A stretch of 32,000 nt of DNA from an uncultured bacterium (GTDB lineage: Bacteria > Margulisbacteria > WOR-1 > CAVSGV01). The notes beneath the pieces were generated by a model. It was not told the origin of the DNA and made no database searches. It saw only the letters and a list, made by a program, of their open reading frames with translations. Position 1 is the first letter of the stretch; each line of letters starts with the position of its first letter. The stretch covers positions 1,140,001 through 1,172,000 of the forward strand of contig OY969425.1 of assembly GCA_963699255.1 (NCBI GenBank), read 5' to 3'. Position numbers and translations under genes: made by a program. Below are positions 26,225 to 32,000 of this stretch, piece by piece.

Positions 26225-27376
26225 ATGAGCATGGCAGTAATCAGAGTTTCGGGTGCTTGTTCAAAGGTGGTCCTGCAGCAGCCGGAAGGAGCTGCCGAAA
26301 AATGCATCAATCAGGGCGTCGCCCTGTTCAATGCGGGAAAATTGGATGAGGCAGCCAAGCAATTCAAAAAAGCGATAAGCATCAACCCCGACCTCCCTCT
26401 CGCCCACAGAAATTTAGCCGTTGTTTACCAGGCGCAGGGCCGTCTTGATGATGCCGTTGAAGAATATAAAATTGTTGTAGATCTTGAACCGAACAGTTCC
26501 GACGCCCACAATGATCTGGGCATGGCTTACTATAACCAGACTTATTACAATTCCATTTATAACGCCACAGATGAATTCACGGCGGCTGTAACCCTTAATC
26601 AAAAGAATGCCAGCGCCCATGCTAATTTAGGCAGCTGTTATTTAAGAACGGGTGACATTAAAAAAGCCGTAGATGAATTGAAAATTGTCTTACGCATCAA
26701 ACCAAATGATGACAACACGCACGATTTGTTAGGCCTTGCTTACGATGCTCAGGGGGATAAAAAGCAGGCGGTCGATGAATTCAAAACTGCCGTGCGCATT
26801 AATCCGAAAAACGGCGAAGCCCACAATCATTTAGGCAGCGAATACATTGATCAGGACCTTCTCGCTGACGGCATCACAGAGGTAAAAAAGGCCATCAGCA
26901 TCAATAAGGACAATGACGGCGCCCACGATAATCTGGGCGTAGCCTACCTGAAACAGGGACTTACCAACGATGCCATTGACGAATTCAAAACGGCCATTCG
27001 CATCAATTCCAAGAACGGCGGCGCCCACTTTCATTTAGGCTTGATCTATCAGCAACAGCCTCTTAAATTAGATACCGCTATCGCGGAATTCGGATGGGCG
27101 GCCGAAGTTGCCCCGGAAAATGGCATGTACAGCAATTATTGGGGCAATGCGCTGCTGGAACAGGGTTATGGGTCGAACCTTATTCATGCCGAATACGCGT
27201 TCAAACTCACCCTCATATACAACTCTAATGATGACAAAGCCCATTACGGCCTGGGTATTGTATACATGAAACAGGGCCAAACAGACAAAGCCATAAATGA
27301 ATTTGAAAAGGCTTTCGGCATAAACCCCAATAATATTGAGGCGAAAAATAAATTGGATAGCCTGCGAAAACTTTAG
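26225..27376 (+). CDS. Tetratricopeptide-repeat (TPR) protein, ~383 aa
   Basis: ORF track. I chose ATG 26225, 7 nt after GGGGG; ATG 26219 and 26231 are alternatives. At least 8 repeats of the A..F...I.INP......H.NLG.AY type. Confidence 0.85.
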   Translation: MSMAVIRVSGACSKVVLQQPEGAAEKCINQGVALFNAGKLDEAAKQFKKAISINPDLPLAHRNLAVVYQAQGRLDDAVEEYKIVVDLEPNSSDAHNDLGMAYYNQTYYNSIYNATDEFTAAVTLNQKNASAHANLGSCYLRTGDIKKAVDELKIVLRIKPNDDNTHDLLGLAYDAQGDKKQAVDEFKTAVRINPKNGEAHNHLGSEYIDQDLLADGITEVKKAISINKDNDGAHDNLGVAYLKQGLTNDAIDEFKTAIRINSKNGGAHFHLGLIYQQQPLKLDTAIAEFGWAAEVAPENGMYSNYWGNALLEQGYGSNLIHAEYAFKLTLIYNSNDDKAHYGLGIVYMKQGQTDKAINEFEKAFGINPNNIEAKNKLDSLRKL

Positions 27377-27396
27377 CCTCCTTCACCTTAAGAGCG

Positions 27397-28419
27397 CTAC
27401 TTTTTACCTTTCATTTTCTTGAAATATTCCTGATGATATTCCTCCGCCTTATAAAATTCCGGCGCTGGAATTATCTGCGTAACGATCGGATTTTTGTATT
27501 TATGCGAAGCTTCGAGTTTTTTCTTCGAAGCTATCGCGGCGTTCTTCTGTTCATCGTTATGGTAGAAAATGACCGACCTGTACTGATCTCCCACATCGGC
27601 CCCCTGGCGGTTCGGCGTCGTGGGATCATGCATCCCCCAGAAAACATCAAGCAGCTTATTATACGTGATCTTTGACGGATCATATTCCACAAGGACGGTC
27701 TCGGCATGGCCCGTGTCTGCGCTGCAAACACGCTCATATGTCGGGTTTTTAACATTTCCGCCGGAATATCCTACTGTCGTGCTTGTCACGCCTTTTACTT
27801 TGTCGAATTCCTCCTGAACATGCCAGAAACACCCCGCAGCGAAAGACGCGAGTTCGTGCTGTGTCGTCGCCTTAGGAACGAACCTGAGAGCTACGCCGTT
27901 TATACAATATCGCTTATATGTCGGGGCCGGGCCGTCATCGAATACATGGCCGAGATGCGCGCCGCACCTCGCGCATAGGACCTCCGTCCTGGTCGTCCCA
28001 AAACTATAGTCAGGCTTTAGCACTATATTAAGAGGGGATACCGGATCGAAGAAGCTGGGCCAGCCCGTGCCGGAATGGAACTTCTTACCCGAAATGAACA
28101 GGTCCGTCCAGCAGCGGACGCATTTATAAAGGCCCGCTTTGGTCTCCGTCTCCAGGGGGCATGAATACGGCGGCTCAGTCCCCTTGCGCGTTGTAACATC
28201 ATATTGCTCCGGAGTAAGGATCTTCTTCCATTCCGCGTCGCTTTTAACGACCTTATCCACCTGGACGACCTTGCCCGATTGCGCGTCATATATCTCTATC
28301 TTCTGCGGCATGTTATTCCCTCCTTTTTCAATGGCAAATGACCCGGAAAATGTCAGCAGTAAAAGAACAGCAAGAAAGCCGGAAGACAAGATCGAGGCAG
28401 AAAGTTTAATGTTTCTCAT
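27397..28419 (-). CDS. msrBA: Secreted bifunctional peptide-methionine sulfoxide reductase MsrB-MsrA fusion, ~340 aa
   Basis: I trimmed the ORF-track frame to [29 protein letters not shown] (signal peptide). MsrB part: CVRC...[16 protein letters not shown]...RYCINGVAL. MsrA part: GCFWHVQ...GYSGG...GHAE...YHQEYF. Confidence 0.92.
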   Translation of the reverse strand: MRNIKLSASILSSGFLAVLLLLTFSGSFAIEKGGNNMPQKIEIYDAQSGKVVQVDKVVKSDAEWKKILTPEQYDVTTRKGTEPPYSCPLETETKAGLYKCVRCWTDLFISGKKFHSGTGWPSFFDPVSPLNIVLKPDYSFGTTRTEVLCARCGAHLGHVFDDGPAPTYKRYCINGVALRFVPKATTQHELASFAAGCFWHVQEEFDKVKGVTSTTVGYSGGNVKNPTYERVCSADTGHAETVLVEYDPSKITYNKLLDVFWGMHDPTTPNRQGADVGDQYRSVIFYHNDEQKNAAIASKKKLEASHKYKNPIVTQIIPAPEFYKAEEYHQEYFKKMKGKK

Positions 28420-28641
28420 TGTAGCAGCCCTCCGTATATATTTGACGGATCTGAATCCCGACATAGAACAGAACCTGAGGCTAAAAGCCTCGGTTCCGTT
28501 GGGTGTTCTGATTGACGAAAGCTTTTTATTATTGGGACCGCGAATTTTATTTGCAGGTTCCAACCCTATATCGGTTCTCGGGACGGATTTCAACCTTGCA
28601 TTATATGATAACTAGCGTAAGATTTGCACTTAGATTTGCAT

Positions 28642-28800
28642 ATGGATAAATATTACTGCAAGGTATGCGGATATATTTACGACCCTGAAAAAGGCGATCC
28701 CAAATCGGGTGTATCGCCTAATACCCCCTTTGAGTCGCTTCCCGATAACTGGGTGTGCCCGGAATGCGGAGCGGAAAAGGATCAATTCGAAAAAGTATAG
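28642..28800 (+). CDS. Rubredoxin, 52 aa
   Basis: Below the ORF-track size cutoff. My translation: [52 protein letters not shown], which has the CxxCG...CPxCG motifs. Confidence 0.9.
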   Translation: MDKYYCKVCGYIYDPEKGDPKSGVSPNTPFESLPDNWVCPECGAEKDQFEKV

Positions 28801-28829
28801 GACGGAATGATCTTTAAGCGGAAAGGCAT

Positions 28830-30533
28830 ATGAAAGAAGCCGTATCAATAGTACTTTGCGGTGAAGCCGGGCAGGGAATTCAGACGATAGAGAACGTCCT
28901 CGCAAAAGTCCTGAAGCTTGCCGGATACCACGTTTACGCCACAAAAGAATACATGTCCAGGGTGCGCGGCGGAGTAAATTCCACGACGATAATCGTTTCA
29001 TCGCGCAGAATTAACTCATACCGGGAATCCATCGACCTTCTTATCCCGCTCAGCAAGGGGCGCACGAAACATCTAAGCAGAAGAATATCCAAGGGTACAA
29101 TGATCTTGGGCGAGATGCAGAACATTTCAGAAGGCTGTGAGAACGATTCCTGCAGGAAAATAGACGTTCCTTATTCAAAGATCGCGACGGAGATCGGAAA
29201 CGCCGTTTACTCCAATATTGTCGCAGTCGGAGCCGTGTGCGGTATTCTGGGGATAGAAAATGAGGCTATCGAAGGATCAATAAAGAAATATTTTTCGGGA
29301 AAAGATGAAGCGACAGTAAACAACAATGTGGAAGCTTCGAAGCGCGGATCAAGTATCGGGAGATCGCTGGTATCATCAGGACAGATCAAGCTGAGCATAT
29401 CGAGGTCAAAAGGACTTGAAGACGAGATAATATTGAGCGGCGCAGAAGCTATCGCTCTGGGAGCCGTAGCGGGAGGCTGCAACTTCATCTCGGCATATCC
29501 CATGACGCCGTCAACGGGAATATTCACCTTCCTTTCCCAGCACGCTTTGGATTTCGGGATTGTCGCCGAACAGGCGGAAGACGAAATATCGGCCATGAAC
29601 ATGGCTCTTGGCGCGTGGTATATGGGCGCCAGAGCTCTGGTCACAACGTCAGGCGGAGGATATGATCTGATGCAGGAGGGTTTAAGCCTTTGCGGAATGA
29701 TCGAATCGCCTGTCGTGGTATCCCTCGGGATGCGTCCGGGCCCCGCGACCGGGCTTCCAACAAGGACGGAACAGGGTGACCTTAACCTGGCGCTGTATTC
29801 GGGGCACGGCGAATTTCCGCGCATAATACTTGCTCCTGGATCGCTGGAACAGGCTTTTTTTCTTACCCAGAAAGCGTTTAACCTGGCGGACAAATTCCAG
29901 GTGCCGGTATTCGTGCTTTTCGACCAGTACCTTGCCGATTCGTACTATAACATCGAACAGTTCGACCTCTCAAAAGTAAGAGTTGAAAAAAGCGTCGTGA
30001 AAACAGCCCCTGATTATATGAGATTCAAGTTTATGAAGAACGGCATATCCCCGAGGGGCATACCGGGTTACGGAGACAGCCTTGTGGTCGCGGACAGCGA
30101 CGAACATAATGAGGAAGGACACATAACCGAGGACCTTGAGATAAGGCGGAAAATGGTCGACAAGAGAATGGCGAAGCTGGAAGAGATAAAGAAAGAATGC
30201 TTCGATCCGGACCTTATCGGCGAAAATAATTATCAAACTCTCGTCGTTTGCTGGGGATCGAATCTGAACATGGTCAAAGACGCGGTGCGAGAACTGGGCG
30301 CCAAGGGCGTTTCGATACTTCATTTTACCCAGACATTCCCGCTGCACGCTGACACGTTGAAATACCTGGAAAAGGCAAAAAAGGTCGTGATGATCGAGAA
30401 TAACGCGACATCGCAGTTCGCGAACCTGATCAAGCTTTCAACAGGATATGATATTAAAGAAAGAATACTCAAATACGACGGGCTTCCCTTCAGCGTTGAA
30501 GAGCTGAAGGCGGAACTTGAAAGGATAGTTTAA
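28830..30533 (+). CDS. korA: 2-oxoacid:ferredoxin oxidoreductase, fused gamma-alpha subunit, 567 aa
   Basis: ORF track. N-terminal gamma-type GEAGQGIQT...RGG, then alpha-type GAEAIALGAVAGGCNFISAYPMTPST...AEDEISAMNMALGA. Confidence 0.88.
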   Translation: MKEAVSIVLCGEAGQGIQTIENVLAKVLKLAGYHVYATKEYMSRVRGGVNSTTIIVSSRRINSYRESIDLLIPLSKGRTKHLSRRISKGTMILGEMQNISEGCENDSCRKIDVPYSKIATEIGNAVYSNIVAVGAVCGILGIENEAIEGSIKKYFSGKDEATVNNNVEASKRGSSIGRSLVSSGQIKLSISRSKGLEDEIILSGAEAIALGAVAGGCNFISAYPMTPSTGIFTFLSQHALDFGIVAEQAEDEISAMNMALGAWYMGARALVTTSGGGYDLMQEGLSLCGMIESPVVVSLGMRPGPATGLPTRTEQGDLNLALYSGHGEFPRIILAPGSLEQAFFLTQKAFNLADKFQVPVFVLFDQYLADSYYNIEQFDLSKVRVEKSVVKTAPDYMRFKFMKNGISPRGIPGYGDSLVVADSDEHNEEGHITEDLEIRRKMVDKRMAKLEEIKKECFDPDLIGENNYQTLVVCWGSNLNMVKDAVRELGAKGVSILHFTQTFPLHADTLKYLEKAKKVVMIENNATSQFANLIKLSTGYDIKERILKYDGLPFSVEELKAELERIV

Positions 30534-31400
30534 GTGGCCGACAAGAAAATATATGATATGGGGGACATAGACATAGCCTGGTGCCCGGGCTGCGGCAATT
30601 TCGGGATCCTGAACGCGCTGAAAGAAGCGCTCGCCGAACTTGATATTGCGCCGCGCGATCTTGTGATCGCATCCGGCATAGGCCAGGCCGCCAAAATACC
30701 CCATTACATCAAGTGCAACGCGTTCAACGGTCTTCACGGGAGGGCGGTGTCCCCCGCCACGGCGATAAAAGCGGCGAATCCTTCGATGGTAGTTATAGCG
30801 GAATCGGGGGACGGCGACATGTATGGCGAAGGAGGGAACCATTTCATTCATGCGATAAGGAGGAACCCCGATATCGCATGCCTTATACATGATAATATGG
30901 TGTACGGCCTCACAAAGGGCCAGGCCTCGCCGACGAGCCAGAAAGGGTTCAAGACACCCATTCAGGTGGATGGGGTCGCGTCGGAGCCTTTCAATCCGCT
31001 GGCGGTCGCGATAGCGCTTGACGCCTCTTTCGTCGCAAGGACTTTCGTGGGTGAGCCCGCGAAGACAAAAGAGATAATAAAACAGGCGATATCCCACAGG
31101 GGATTCGCCGTGGTCGACATTTTCCAGCCGTGCGTTTCGTTCAATAAGGTCAATACATATCAATGGTTCAGGGACAACACATACTGGCTCCCCGAAGCTC
31201 ACGATCCTCAAGACAGGGTCGGCGCTTTCCGGAGGGCGATCGAATCCGAAAAGCTTGCGCTCGGCGTGTTCTACGTCAACAAGAACAAACCGGTCTTCGA
31301 AGAAACGCTCGCGGCATACAGGTCAATCAGGGACCCGCTATTCACGCGTGAGCTTAACAAGGAAAAACTAAAAGAAATAATAGCGTCTAAAAGGTGGTGA
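30534..31400 (+). CDS. korB: 2-oxoacid:ferredoxin oxidoreductase beta (TPP-binding) subunit, GTG start
   Basis: ORF track. [11 protein letters not shown] and [21 protein letters not shown]. It starts directly after the korA stop. Confidence 0.9.
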   Translation: MADKKIYDMGDIDIAWCPGCGNFGILNALKEALAELDIAPRDLVIASGIGQAAKIPHYIKCNAFNGLHGRAVSPATAIKAANPSMVVIAESGDGDMYGEGGNHFIHAIRRNPDIACLIHDNMVYGLTKGQASPTSQKGFKTPIQVDGVASEPFNPLAVAIALDASFVARTFVGEPAKTKEIIKQAISHRGFAVVDIFQPCVSFNKVNTYQWFRDNTYWLPEAHDPQDRVGAFRRAIESEKLALGVFYVNKNKPVFEETLAAYRSIRDPLFTRELNKEKLKEIIASKRW

Positions 31401-31403
31401 GAT

Positions 31404-31592
31404 ATGTCAATATCTGAAATTGTGATCGAAGATGGGTGCATTTCCTGTGAACTCTGCGAGCAGGTGTGCCCGGAAGTTTTTGAGGTCGAAGAGATCGCTG
31501 TCGTTAAGCCAGGGGTTGATCTTAACGCCTACGAGGATAAAATAAGGGAAGCGGCCGACAGCTGCCCCGTCTCGGTAATCTCGGTATCATAG
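31404..31592 (+). CDS. Small single-cluster ferredoxin, 62 aa
   Basis: ORF track. CISCELCEQVCP...DSCP. Confidence 0.8.
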   Translation: MSISEIVIEDGCISCELCEQVCPEVFEVEEIAVVKPGVDLNAYEDKIREAADSCPVSVISVS

Positions 31593-31723
31593 CGCAGTTC
31601 TTTTTTTGACGTTGAAGGACCGGCGCCTCAACAAACCGCGCACATCATCGACAGTGACCCCGAATAGAATTCATTGAAATTATTTCCAATAAATGACGAT
31701 TATATGGCATGGTAATGCCAGTA

Positions 31724-32000
31724 TCAGAGAACACTCATATCAACGGCATCGGCATGACCGCTCCAAGGAAATTCCGGGTGCGGACGGGGAAATACGGATT
31801 TGTCCTGAAGCAGGGTTTTGATATAGCGCGCGCCACATACTACCTTAACATAATGGGAAAAGAGCATGAAATATCGGACAGCAAATACGTTATCATATTC
31901 GCCCCATATAAGCGGATATACCTTGCGACGAACCATAATGCCGCCATTTTCTTCGCCTTCCTTGAAAAACAGAGCGGCCGCGTCAAAGGCAATGAGAACT
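31724..32000 (-). CDS. Hypothetical protein, C-terminal part; the frame stays open to the window edge
   Basis: My translation continues upstream of the listed Met (VLIAFDAAALFFKEGEENGGIMVRRK...) with no stop. No family recognised. Confidence 0.4.
   Translation of the reverse strand, partial: VLIAFDAAALFFKEGEENGGIMVRRKVYPLIWGEYDNVFAVRYFMLFSHYVKVVCGARYIKTLLQDKSVFPRPHPEFPWSGHADAVDMSVL

Noticed and set aside
4152-28593. Extended ORF-track starts at 4152, 8041, 15564, 26168 and 28593
   Set aside because: In each case an internal Met begins a clear signal peptide or follows an SD (starts at 4218, 8029, 15522, 26225, 28419). The upstream extensions have non-protein-like sequence or use TTG.
28630-29001. 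123-aa minus-strand ORF
   Set aside because: It overlaps the rubredoxin gene (28642-28800, clear CxxCG...CPxCG) and the start of korA on the opposite strand. The translation is Arg/Leu-rich shadow sequence.
29207-31211. Minus-strand ORFs of 228 aa (29207-29893), 125 aa (29970-30347) and 257 aa (30438-31211)
   Set aside because: They lie antisense to korA and korB, which have strong family motifs. The compositions are typical of antisense frames in GC-moderate genes.
31705-31720. Hairpin TGGCAT-GGTA-ATGCCA just past the stop of the minus-strand partial gene, considered as an intrinsic terminator
   Set aside because: The stem is only 6 bp, and no U-tract follows on the relevant strand.
1-32000. 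tRNA, rRNA or tmRNA genes, and transposase or integrase genes
   Set aside because: By-eye scanning of all intergenic regions found no T-loop/acceptor-like or rRNA-like sequence. No ORF has recombinase or transposase motifs. A covariance-model scan (tRNAscan-SE/Infernal) would be needed to be certain.

Overview
This looks like a chromosomal segment from an anaerobic, probably diderm, bacterium. I cannot assign a lineage from sequence alone. G+C is roughly mid-40s percent by eye.

Most of the window is recognisable housekeeping:
- Metal and ion handling: two tandem P-type ATPases, a CDF transporter, and a Zn-ribbon / ferritin-like / VIT1-like iron cluster.
- Core metabolism and translation: DUF1015, purC, tsaD, gatCAB.
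- Envelope and secreted: two small beta-barrel outer-membrane proteins, a GH26-like hydrolase, and a secreted MsrB-MsrA fusion.
- Redox: a rubredoxin / 2-oxoacid:ferredoxin oxidoreductase (alpha, beta) / ferredoxin cluster.

Three things stand out.
1. A family of short palindromic elements whose arms are built from 6-7 nt tandem units. One copy sits in-frame inside the essential tsaD gene (13013-13083).
2. An accessory stretch directly downstream of gatB (about 20.3-26.1 kb):
   - It starts with a phage-endolysin-like M15 peptidase.
   - About 2.9 kb of cargo lies between that gene's 3' end and a diverged remnant of a second M15 3' end.
   - The cargo includes a strongly AT-rich two-gene cassette: a single-pass membrane protein overlapping an alpha-helical protein with an Rx5H, HEPN/DUF5677-like motif. 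This is my best candidate for an undescribed defence or toxin module.
   - The cargo also holds a tandem pair of unknown paralogs.
   - Beyond the remnant lies an overlapping exostosin-like glycosyltransferase / radical-SAM pair, divergent from a TPR protein.
3. Many first genes have a TATAAT box only 6-11 nt from the start codon and no Shine-Dalgarno, which suggests leaderless mRNAs.

I found no rRNA, tRNA, CRISPR array, transposase or integrase. All functional calls rest on motif recognition by eye. No database search was possible.
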